From the human T2T-CHM13v2.0 reference genome, Homo sapiens, in NCBI RefSeq assembly GCF_009914755.1, contig NC_060931.1: DNA of 64,000 nt; one strand, 5' to 3'. The position numbers were made by a program, and so were the translations under genes. The notes beneath the pieces are model-generated. The model made no database searches, was not told the DNA's origin, and saw nothing but the letters and a program-made list of their open reading frames with translations. Below, piece by piece: positions 47,442-58,656 of this stretch (position 1 is the stretch's first letter; the number at the start of each line of letters is the position of its first letter).

Positions 47442-49121
47442 ATCCATCCTGCCATTCATCCATCCATCCATCAAGCACTCATCCATCCTTCCATCCTTCA
47501 TCCACCCATCCATCTACCCATCCATCCATCCATTGATCCATCCATATCCATCCATCCATATCCATCCATCCACCCACCCACCCATCCATCTACCCATCCA
47601 CTTTCATCCATCCAACCATCCATCATTCTTCCATCCATCCATCCATCATGCACTCATCCATCCCTCCATCCTTCCTCCATCATCCATGCATCCATACCTC
47701 CATCCATCCAACCACCCATCCTTCCCCCATCCATCCACTCACTCCCCATCCATCCTTCATCCATCCATCCATCCTTCTTTTATCCATCCAACCATCCATC
47801 CATCATTCCTCCATGCATCCATCCTTCACCCATCCATCCATCCTTCTTTCATCCACCCACCCACCTGTCATTCATCATCCATTCTTCCTCCATTCATCCA
47901 CCCATCCAACCATCCATCCATCTTTCCTTCATCCATCCCTCCATCATCCATCCACCCATCCATCATCCTTTCACCCATCCATCATCCACTCTTCTTCCAT
48001 CTATCCACCATCCCTCATCCGTACAACCCATCCATCATCCATTCTTCCTCCATCTGTCCACCCTTCACCCATCCATCCATCCTTCTTTCATCCACCCACA
48101 CACCCACCCATCCATCCATCCTTCCTCCATCCATTCACCCACCCATCCATCATCCATCATCCATTTTTCCTCCATCCACCCATCCACTCATCCATCCATC
48201 CATCATTGCTCCATCCATCCACCCACCTACCCATCCATCATCCATTCTTCCTCCATCCGTCCACCCTTCACCCATCCATCCATCCTTCTTTCATCCACCC
48301 ACATACCCATCCACCCATCCATCATCCATTCTTCATCCATTCACCCTTCACCCATCCATCCATCCTTCTTTCATCCACCCAAACTCCCACTCATCCATCC
48401 ATCCTTCCTCCATCCATTCACTCACCCATCCATCATCCATTCTTCCTCCATCCATCCACTCATCCACTCATCCATCCATCCATCCATCATTACTCCATCC
48501 ATCCATCCATCCACCCACCCATCCATCCATCATCCATTCTTCCTCCATCCATCCACCCTTCACCCATCCATCCATCCTTCTTTCATCCACCCACACACCC
48601 ATCCATCCATCCAACCATCCATCCTTCCTTCATCCACCCATCCATCCAACCAACCATTCATCCTTCCTCCATCCATCCATCCATCTATCCGCCCACCCAT
48701 CCATCATCCATTCTTCTTCCATTCATCCATCCATCATCCATCTACTTATCCATCATCCACTCTTCTTCCATCCATCCACCATCCCCCATCTGTCCACCAA
48801 TCCATCCATCCATCCATCCATCCATCCACCCACACACCCATCCATCCATCCAACCATCCATCCTTCCTCCATCCATCCATCCTTCCATCCATTCACCCAC
48901 ACATCCATCATCCATTCTTCTTACATCCATCCACCCATCCATCCTTCCTTCATCCATCCATCCATCATCCATCTACCCATCCATCATCCACTCTTCTTCC
49001 ATCCAACCACCATCCCTCATCTGTCAACCAAACCATCCATCCATCCATCCATGCATCCATCCTTCTTTCCTCCATCCATCTATCCACCCATCCTTCCTCC
49101 ATCCATCCATTGATCCACCCA
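47442..49121. repeat. Degenerate (TCCA)n tract, 1.7 kb, with longer internal recurrences
   Basis: Almost only C/A/T; block CCATTCTTCCTCCATC..TCCACCCTTCACCCATCCATCCATCCTTCTTTCATCCACCCACA recurs near 48040, 48242, 48533. Confidence 0.97.
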
Positions 49122-49231
49122 TAAACAAACACTTTCACTGAAGAGACACGGGAGGAATCAGAAAAAGCTATTCTCAGAGCTTCTATCCTAGAGAATTGCT
49201 GGCACTTGCAGAGTGTGTTTGGATGACTTGG

Positions 49232-49340
49232 GTGTTCCTCACAAATGCCTGTGCTGCGGGTCCTATTCTTTTCCCCAGTTTATGGAGGAGACACTAAGGT
49301 ACCCAGAACTGCAAGAACTTGCTCAATGCTCCATAGCATT
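49232..49340 (-). mobile_element. MIR fragment
   Basis: TCCTCACAA...CTATTCTTTTCCCCAGTTTATGGAGGAGACACTAAGG...AACTTGCTCAA.G..CCATAGC matches the antisense MIR core. Confidence 0.55.
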
Positions 49341-49711
49341 TGGCTGAGACACCATTTCTTGGAGGACAGGACATTGAAATCTCAGAGGCTGGGTGAGACA
49401 CAGGGCCACTTTGCAGGTGGCTCTCGAAACACGTCCCCTTGGCTACCTCCGTTGGGGCCTTCACCCTCTACTTGTAGTTGATGGCACCAGAAATGGTCTT
49501 TTCTGGGCTTATGTCTCTGTCTTCCTGGCCAGCTCTCAGCACTGGCTCTTGCCGGGTGGGTGGAATCCTGTCTGATGACCCAGCTGGGAGTGGCTTGTCC
49601 CCCTCTGGACACTGCCAGCCCTCCTCCTGGCACCACCTAGCACCATACAATAGTCACTCCAGGGGCTGCCATTGCCACAGCTCCCCCTGCAGGGTAGGGG
49701 CCAGGCCTTGG

Positions 49712-49785
49712 CACGTCTTGATTCAAATCCTGGCACTTGCAGTGTAGATGAGGAGCTCTGGGCAAGGTACTGAGCTTCCCTGGCT
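49712..49785 (+). mobile_element. MIR fragment
   Basis: TTCAAATCCTGGC...TGGGCAAGGTACTGAGCTTCCCTG. Confidence 0.45.
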
Positions 49786-51534
49786 GCAGGGAGGTTGACA
49801 TGAAGTAGCCAGGCTGTGCTGGGCACACAGCACTCCACGTCCATCATCCATCTGTGGCTTATGAACGCCTTGTACCAGATTTATCCTTGGACCCTACCAA
49901 TTTAAGGGGACCACGGAAGCTTCTGAACAAGAAGGAGGGGTTTCCCTGTTCCTCCTGGCATCTTGGTTTTACAATGAGACTGACTGCCATGTTATCTGTG
50001 TTCTTAGGATAACCCAATCTTTCTCTCTCCTTCTACCTTGATAATGATGCCTGACACTTTGTACGGTGTTTGCCTTTGCGTACAAATGGCTGGGAAGTCC
50101 TCACAGTCACACCCTGCAGTAAGAATGCTCACGAATACAGCAGTAAGAATGCTCCTGCTCTCCCAGGAAACACTGCATTGGGGAAGTGAGTGCCCATGGG
50201 TGCAAGTCAGCAACTGGCCAGGGCGACCGCTCTTTCACTGCCAGGCCAGTCTGCCTTCCGTGGTCACAGGCGAACACTGTTCTGTTTGGTGCTGTGCCTC
50301 TGCAGTGTGGTGAGAACTGTCTATACTCCTGCTCCTCTTAGAAACGCTGTGTGTGTGTGGAGGCGGTGGGAACCAGTGGTCCTGGCAAGGCCTGCCAGGC
50401 TCAGACCTGGAGCAGAGCCAGGCCCCAGCTGAAGCAGAAACTTCCAGCTCTGTGCTCCTTGCTATTTTTTGTTTGTTTGTTTTGTTATTGTTTTTAAACT
50501 CAAAAGGCAGGTAGGACTTAGGAGGCAAGAAAGCCCGCTTGAGGGACATTAAGGACATGAAGGCACAGTCATGGGACGCTTCCATACACGATTCCTGCTT
50601 ATTGCTGACACCGAGCGGTAAAAAGAGAATTGCCACTGTGAGTCACACACTCTGCAGTGTGGCGACTAATATTGATCTTCCAAACGGTAAAAACAAGAAC
50701 AAACTGGAAAGACAAACTCTACTTCAGATTGCAACTACTTAAGCATCTTTGTTTAACAAAATCAATAAAAAAAGATTTCACTAACAAGACTGCAACCTAT
50801 ATTTGTGGCTATGAATTCCCCAGATTGCTGGAATATCAAATCCAGAGCACAGGAGATGCAGAGAGAGTGAGGCCCAGCAAGCCTGTTTTACAGTCAACGG
50901 ATCGTCCTCTGCTCCTCCGAGCAGCTCATCTGCGTTCGGCTGTGCGATCTGAGTGTGTTCACTGAAGCACAGCACACGGGCAGAACCGCACGCTACATCC
51001 TCAGGCTTTGCTTTGGGGCCAAGAAGCGACCCCCCTACAGTGACAGAGTGTGGCTCCGGGCCGGACGCCCCACGCTGGCCTCCCGTTCCCATATCCCGGC
51101 CATGAGAGCACGCGGCCGCAACACTTGTCTTCAAGGAGCCATGATGGGGATGACGTGAGGCTCCCCAGCTCCTGGAGAGGCCAAGGGGGCTGCGACGCCC
51201 CAGCCCAGCCCCAGCTCCACCCCAGATGTTTCTGTTCAGAAACAAAATCAGTTACAAAAAAACCTAAACACATCACCCCACAAGAAAAGTCATTTGGAAA
51301 AATCATTTGGAAATCACACTGATTTCCTTAAAATATAAAAAACATTGATTTATCTCGATCTCATCCATTCTGCTTAGGGGAGCAGTTTCTGCTTTAATTG
51401 TAGTGTCTTTCTTTAGAAAATAAGGACAAGTGATTGGGGTGTTTTGGCACCCACAGTGCCATGGCACCTATGGAGGCTTTAAAGAACAAACATGCCCTCG
51501 GAAGAAGTTACTCGGCGAAGTCGACACACACATC

Positions 51535-51960
51535 TCTGAGTCAGACATTTCCTCACATTGTCCCCTCATTTGTCAACACATAATTACTGTCACCGCTGTG
51601 TGCTGACGCTGGCATCAGGTTGCACGTGCCAGTCAGCATAAAAATATGGCCGTAATGTTGGCATAATTTTTCATGATCATCTTCATTAACCACAGCGAAC
51701 GGGAGGAGCGTTTGCCTGCACCCAGCCATCGTCATGACAACGCCTCCACCGCGGCCAGCCCAGTGTCCACCGAGGGCAGCGGTTGAATGTCCTCATTATT
51801 CCGCCCCCCACACGCTTTGCCCGTGCCAAGCAAGGACCAACACATGCCGGTGATTTATCCCCAGGCCACTCCCGACGGCATCCAGGCTTAAGGCGCTGGT
51901 CTGATTTCACAGTTTAATTACTGCTAATCTGAGAGGCCACAGCTAATGAGCTGCCGGCAA
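51535..51960. promoter_or_regulatory. Candidate developmental enhancer
   Basis: AP-1 dyad TCTGAGTCAGA (51535), CATTGTC, TGTCAA, TAATTACTGTCA, CACGTG, CATAAAA, TTTAATTAC, CTAATCT, CTAATGAG in unique sequence; motif evidence only. Confidence 0.35.
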
Positions 51961-53391
51961 CCAGCTCGCCCTGCTGGAATTCCACACCCCTTCCCTGGAT
52001 GACTCCCCTCATTGTCGGGGGGGCAGTTAAGGAAGGTGTATTGACTTCTAGGTGTGACAGGTTGACTAAGCACCTATGGAAACATCACAGCAATGTCAAC
52101 AGGCAAATGGAACACAGATAGGATTTTGGAATTCAGCCACCACAACTCCACTGAAGACAGTATGGGTTGCTGATACACCCCAGACCTTCTGCAGGCCTTG
52201 GGTAGAAGATGTTGGGCTTGGCTTTAGCCACGCCACGGGCTCCCTTGGTCCTGCATAAAACACACCCACACATCTTCACCAGGATTTGTAACAGCACAGC
52301 AGACATGTCACCAGCCCCTCCACACGGAACTCTCTTCCGCAGCTCCCTGTGGCTCAGCGCGTTCCTGCCTCCCACTCCACCACAGCTCCCTCCCAGACCT
52401 GCAGGCTTCACATCTAAAACACTATCCCAGGCGCTCCTCACCTGGATTCCCTGGGGGCTGCCATGGGCCCCTCCCTGCCACCCGCCCCTTTGCACACTTT
52501 ATTCTTCCCAAGACCCGGCAGATGGCCTGAAAGCACATGTGGGGCTGTGGCCTCTGGTGCAGGCATCATGGCTTACTGGGCTTTAGGATACACACCCCGA
52601 CCTCGGCTACCGCATCCACGCTTGGCCCCAGCAGCCCGTCCGGCCTGGGGTTCTCTGTGGCTTCCTTGGTCTCCGAGCCTCCCCAGCACTTTCACTTCCC
52701 GCTGCCACCGGCCCCGGTGAATGCTGCTTCTGCTTCTAGAACACTGCTCTGCAATTTAGAGATGAAATTCTGGCACCCTTAATTCTATTTGTTTAATCCA
52801 GTGAATTTAATTTCAGGAACATATTGGAACCATGCTTAGCTTCAGAGCAGAGTTTATGTAGATAGAATATGACTGGAGGTTTCTGCTGGTTTAAGTGTGT
52901 CAGTCACAGAATGCATGATGTCAGTATAACAACTACCCTTGCTTAATGATAACGCTAATTAAATATTCTTAGCAGCATCATGTGGAGAAACTGGATTTTC
53001 AATTAAGCACTTTCTGAGGTGAGGGTCTCAGCAGGTCCCACCTCTTTACGTTAAACCGGAGGCTTTCTGCTGTTGTCAGGCCCTGTGCACCCAGAGAATG
53101 TAGGAATTATGAATGCGTGAAGCTAATTTCTTTTCATTTTCATTCAATGGTATGTGAGCTTTTCCAAATACATGATCCTACTCTCTCCTTTGGGGAGAAA
53201 TCTTTGTTAAAAATTAGCGCTATAGGGGAGCTTATTTTGCCCAATGACAGAGCAGATCTGAAAAAAGCATCAAATCTTCCTTCGTATCCTCTAATACATC
53301 CCTCCAGCTCGGGTAGACGGACATCCTCGGGAAGAGCGTTCAGCCAGCTCCAGACACAGCAAGGTCATGAGGCGCCTGCATTCAGATTCAT

Positions 53392-53975
53392 TGCTGGGTG
53401 TGCTGAAGAGGGCCACACATTCTCTGACGCACTTGCCCCCGAGGTGAGACCTCTGTCCTCCCCACCTGAGTGTGGGGGCTGTGGGCCCGCTTGGCCAGTT
53501 GAGGCAGCAGAATGCACCTGCCCCCGAGGTGAGACCTCTGTCCTCCCCACCTGAGTGCGGGGGCTGTGGGCCCGCTTGGCCGGTTGAGGCAGCAGAAGTA
53601 ACGCCCTGCCAGTTTCTGGCTTCTGGGCTCAGACTCGAGAGACTGGCAGCTCCCATTTCCTCTCTTGGGACACTTGTTCTTGGGAAACTCGCTGCCATTC
53701 TGTGAGGAAGCCCAAGCAGCCTTGTGGAGGCTCCACATGCAGAGGCCCAGAGCTCCCAGCCACAGCCCTGGCTGAGCTCCACAACTGCCACCACAATGTG
53801 CCAGCTATGTAGACAAGCCCTCTTTGGGGCGAGCCCTCCAGCCCCCTTGGACCACTCCAGCTGATGCCAGTGGAGCAGAAACAAGACTTCCCTGTCATGC
53901 CTGACCAGATTATAGAGCTGAGAGCAAAACAGGGCTCTCCAATTTGGGATAATTTGCTATGCAGATATAGATTCC
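53392..53975 (+). mobile_element. MLT1G-like MaLR LTR with an internal 85-bp tandem duplication (53428-53597)
   Basis: GCAGAAGT.ACGC..TGCCAGTT, TGTGAGGAAGCCCAAGCAGCC, GCTGAGCTCC, CCTCCAGCCCC, CAGCTGATGCCA.TGGAGCAGA, TTTG.TATGCAG..ATAGAT in MLT1G order. Confidence 0.75.
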
Positions 53976-54089
53976 TGGGGTACCTGCCCCCCCATTCCCT
54001 GTCTCCATCTCTGATATAAAACTAATCCCACCTGCTGCCAGTTCATGCCCTTCTGTGGCTTGCAGCAGCTGACACTGACACCTCTTTGC

Positions 54090-54255
54090 CAACTCAATTT
54101 AACAGCCACCCACCATGTCACGGGTGCAGAGTGCTGGATCTGGGACTCCACAGAGCAGTGAGACACAGCCCCTGCCCTCAGGGAGCTTACAACTGAGTGG
54201 AGGAGAAAGACACACACGGCACAGGGAAAATGTGCTGGCAAAGCAGTGCAAAGGG
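54090..54255 (-). mobile_element. LINE-2 3' end fragment
   Basis: CCCTGCCCTCAGGGAGCTTACA..CTGAGTGG.GGAGA.AGACA matches antisense L2 ccctgccctcatggagcttacagtctagtggggagacagaca. Confidence 0.6.
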
Positions 54256-54260
54256 CAGTG

Positions 54261-55038
54261 CACACACACAGTCAGAGACACACAAACACACAGACACACA
54301 TGCAGACACACAAACACACAGACACACACGAACACACACAGACGCACAAACAGACGCAGATACAGACACAAACAGACACACATGCAGACACAGACACACA
54401 CTCACAGACACAGACACAAACACACAGACACAGACACAGAAACACACAGACACAAGACACAAACAGACACACACGGAGACACAGGCACACATGAACACAC
54501 ACAGACACAGACACAAACACACACAGACAAACACACAGAGACACACACAGACACATACAAAGACACACATACAGACAGACACACACACATACACACGGAC
54601 ACACATGAACACACACAGATACATACACAGACACACGCACACACAGATGCACAGACACCCACACATAGAAATACACACAGATACACACACAGAACACAGA
54701 CACAAACACACACATGGATACACACACACAGACATACACATACACAGACAGACACACACACAGACACAAACACACACACAGGCACAGACATACACAGACA
54801 CAGACACACATACATACACAGAGACACACATAGACACAGACACACACACATACACACAGACACAGACGCACACAGACACCCATACAGACATACACAGACA
54901 CACAAACACACAGACATACAGACACACATAGACACAGACACACACATACACACAGACATACACACACACACATACACACAGACACAGACACACACAGATA
55001 CACAGACACAAACAGAGACACACATAGACACAAACACA
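54261..55038. repeat. Degenerate (CA)n/(CACAGA)n tract
   Basis: Dinucleotide-periodic CA/GA/TA mosaic over ~780 bp. Confidence 0.97.
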
Positions 55039-56534
55039 GTTTGTGAGAGCCCTGGCCCGCAGACCATGGTGGCTGCAGTGTGAGCCCAGCAGAGTCCTGC
55101 TCAGTGCTGCCCAGAGACCTGGGGCAGGAAGTGGAAAGAGGCCCCTGATCCAGGTGCAGCTCCTGCTCCCGGAACCGCCTGTGAACGACTGTGACCTGGG
55201 CGAATCCTGCTGCGGGCGGCCTCAGCTCCACACTCTCTCTAGGATGAATCAGGTGGAGCTGGCACCCAGGGCGACCCCAGAGGACACACGAGGCTCTCGG
55301 CATTGGGTCTCAGCGTTGGGTCTCTTGGCCGGGTCTGGGGGGACCCCTGTGGGGGGTGGGAGAACATCTTTTTGAACAAACACGTAAACACATTGAGTCT
55401 TTGGTCGCTTTTGCATCTTCTTTCTTCTCTGGCCTCTGCGCCCCAGCTCCTTTGTGCGAGGTCCCATGTGCTGCTAGGCCACGGGTGGCTGTCCAGGGTG
55501 TGGCTTGGAGCCGTGGAGCTGGAGGCCTGGGTGATATGGTCCAGGCTGCATGCCGACTCCGGGTGTACACTGGGTACTGGCGGGGTCTTCCTGGGCCGCC
55601 TGCTCCCCTGTAAATGGGCAGTGATACAACCAGCTTCCCAGAACTCCCAGAACTGGATCCAGGCCTGGGTGAGAAGGTGCCTTGCACAGATGTCCACACA
55701 TCATCCTCAGTGCTGGGACCATCAAGATGCTACAGTTTCCAACCAGCAGCTCATCGCGAGGACCTCGTTCTAGGCACTCGCAGCAGACGGAGGCAGGGGT
55801 CCTCCACCTCCGCTTTTCTGACCCCTCTCTCTTCAGGACAAGCCTCCTTGGTCATGCTCCGGCTGGCCTTTAGCTGAGGTTTAGCTCTACGCGGACATTA
55901 GAAGCACAAACCAAGCACAGCCCCTTCTGTGAGTGGGAGTCATGCCTAGAAAACAAACAGGAGAGAGGCGGCTCCCAACCTCCAGGAGATGAAAACCTGT
56001 TCTTACAATGCGTGGGACTCTTACCCTGACGAGCTCTGCAGTCCCCACAGACGCCTTTGCTCAAGCCCACCTGCCTCTTCCCAGCACCACCCGTGTCTTC
56101 ATCTGGGGAGAAGAGCCCGTGCTCAGTTTTCTCCATCAGCCCGCTGCGAGGGCCAGGGGCCCCTATGCACTCAACATCAGCTTCACAAAGATGTAGTGGG
56201 CTGTGGGGCCAGGCGGCTTGCTGTACCTCCCACCCAAGCCCAGGGCCCTCTCACCCAGACTTTGGCCCAGTGCCTCCCTCTGTCTGTGTTGCCTCTGTTC
56301 CTTGGAGCTGTATCTTCCTCAGCCTCAATTTCTCTGCCCATTGGTGTCTTTGTTCCCGAACCTCAGCCCCCAGGTCCTGGTTGGTGGGGCTTGTGTCCGC
56401 CTCATCCAGTTCTGGACTCTTTGTGATGATGGTAACAATAACTGGACTGATCCAAGTTGAAGTCAGTTGGTGAATGAATCAATAAACTCCAACTGAGAGC
56501 TCTACACAGCACATCCTAAGTGTCATACAGAGCA

Positions 56535-56960
56535 CTAAGTAATTTGCTTTTTCATTTATACCTCACTTCATTCCAGAAAGATGCATACAAGTTAGCAAAG
56601 TAAACACATATTTAAAAAGAGGTGACAAAAAGAAAACATAGGGAAAACAAGAATGGGAAATAAGTTGGAGCCTAGAATGAGGTTAGTATGCAAAACCCAT
56701 GACACGGACCTACTTACTAGGAGCTGGCTACGGATGGGGCTGTGAGCTCCCTAGCTGCCACGGGGAAGAGAGGAACAGGATCCACAATGTCTATATGACA
56801 AAAACAGACAATCTATTTTTTGAAAATCATAGCTATTCTTAAATTAAAAAAGAAATGTTCCAGGAGTCCTCACAGAGATGCGCTGAATAGAATATGCACC
56901 ATCCTCCATGATGTCTTTATACAACAGGGCAAGGGAATGCCTAGGGTTGCTGGCCTCAGG
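56535..56960 (-). mobile_element. Ancient interspersed repeat (probably an L2-clade 3' end; family uncertain)
   Basis: TTCATTCCAGAAAG...GAGGTTAGTATGCAAAA...GGCTGTGAGCTCCCTAGC.GCCA...TAGCTATTC...GTCCTCA.AGAGA resembles a recalled ancient mammalian repeat. Confidence 0.35.
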
Positions 56961-57394
56961 CCAAGTAAAAATGGCTATGCAGGAGCCCAGCATGGCCTGG
57001 GCATCATGCCTGTCAAGCCTGGTGAATCCTAGGGTGGGCCTGCGAGGGTTTAGAAGGGATAAACCACGTCAATATTATTCTTCCCAACCAAGATTTCACT
57101 GGAAGTTGAGCTGCAGTGAGTTTAAGAAAATGGTAAGCCCCCCATCTCTGCACGCAGTTCATAATCTAGGTTGTGAGACCACACACCGGCTCATGTGCAC
57201 AAGACAGTGTGCGTGGAGGGTGACAGTGTCGGCAAAAGTGGGCTCAGGGCTCAGAGCTGTAACTGCGGTTAAGGGGTTAGGAAGCTGGCCTTGGGCTGGA
57301 TCCAGGACCCCAGAGTGACTCAGCCTCATGGTACAGCAGAGGGCACGCCCGACAGGGGAGGTCTTCGAGTCAACAATGGGAAGTAGAAATCTGC

Positions 57395-57467
57395 CCAAGA
57401 TGAGGGGACCAGTCCGAGTGGGGAGGCTTCCAAAGATGAGAGGACCAGTCCGACGGGGGAGGCTTCC
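57395..57467. repeat. 2-copy tandem duplication (36 bp)
   Basis: AAGATGAG.GGACCAGTCCGA..GGGGAGGCTTCC at 57397 and 57433. Confidence 0.9.
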
Positions 57468-58656
57468 TCTAGAGGAACCATGAGGACAAGTCAGAGTGGA
57501 GGTAAAAGGCCTGAAATAATAACTGGTCAAGGAACATGGTCTCTTCTTCTGCTACTTACATGCCAGAGTCTCTGAAAGTTCTTGATGAGAACAGTGACAC
57601 AATGAAAGCAAAGTCAGGGAAGATGAGAAGGTGGCCTTGCATCCTAACTGCTGTCAGCAGAGTCTGAGGGCCTGAAAACGTCCACATGCCAGGGAGTCCC
57701 TCAGTCCTCAGGAAGGAGAAACGTTTCATGAAAACGCGAACAGTCTCGGAACGCCTCACTCCGTCACGGCAGTGTAGGCTCAGATGTGACTTGGGAAGAT
57801 GGCGCCACTCTGCAGGACGCCGTGTGTGGCAACCACTCGCTCTCACCCTTCGGGTCTGCGGCAGCTACTGTCATATGAGCTGCTCTTTAGAGGGACAGAA
57901 ATCCACAGGACCCCAGTTTCCACCCAAATTCATGAGCCGCAGTGGCCAGGCTACCTCACCTCACCCTGCTGGGTCTGGGCAGTCCCTATTCTCCCATAGG
58001 CATAACGGGGACAGTGAAGGTGCAACCAGCATGGACAGGGCCGAGGGATGGAAGGAAAACAAACCCTTGCAGTTCAACCCACAGGGCGGAGGCGGCAGCG
58101 TGAGAAGCTTCCTGAATACAGGACTCGATGCCTCGAGGAGAGGAGCGTGGAGCACGCCCGGGGCACATGGGGACACAGCAGCGCTGGGAAGGCTTCGTCC
58201 TCGGGAGCCGGCGCTCACATGCAGGGAGTCGCCCAGGACAGCAAGCCTGGGTGTGGGGCTGAGGCGGGCGCAGCCTCGGGGCAGTCCCCACACAAGGGCA
58301 GGACGGAGCCTGGACGGAAGCTCCACGCCCTGGGGTACCTGCTGGGGCATCCAGGGTTTCCTGCCCCAGGCCCGGGTCATGGTGTCCCCCGCAGGCCTGC
58401 AGGCTGGGTTCCTCACAGGGCATCTGCTCACCAAGTAAGCCTGGCGTGGCCAGAACTGTGTTTCTTGAGTTGTTTGAGCCGTTTCTGTTCATGACCTACA
58501 GTAACGCCGCTGTCTCTGTGATGCTATAGGGATGGTCAGTGAGGAGACCGCCGCAAAATGCAGACTCAGAGGTGTGCATAGGTGGGCTGGGCCCGGGGGG
58601 ATAGCCGCAGCCAGCTGTGTACTCGGAGGTGGGCAAGGAGTGAGGCGGAGGGGGCG

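Noticed and set aside
47373-49141. His/Pro/Ser/Ile ORFs of 497-583 aa
   Set aside because: Artefact of the (TCCA)n tract
54115-55303. His/Thr- and Cys/Val-rich ORFs on both strands
   Set aside because: Artefact of the CA-rich tract
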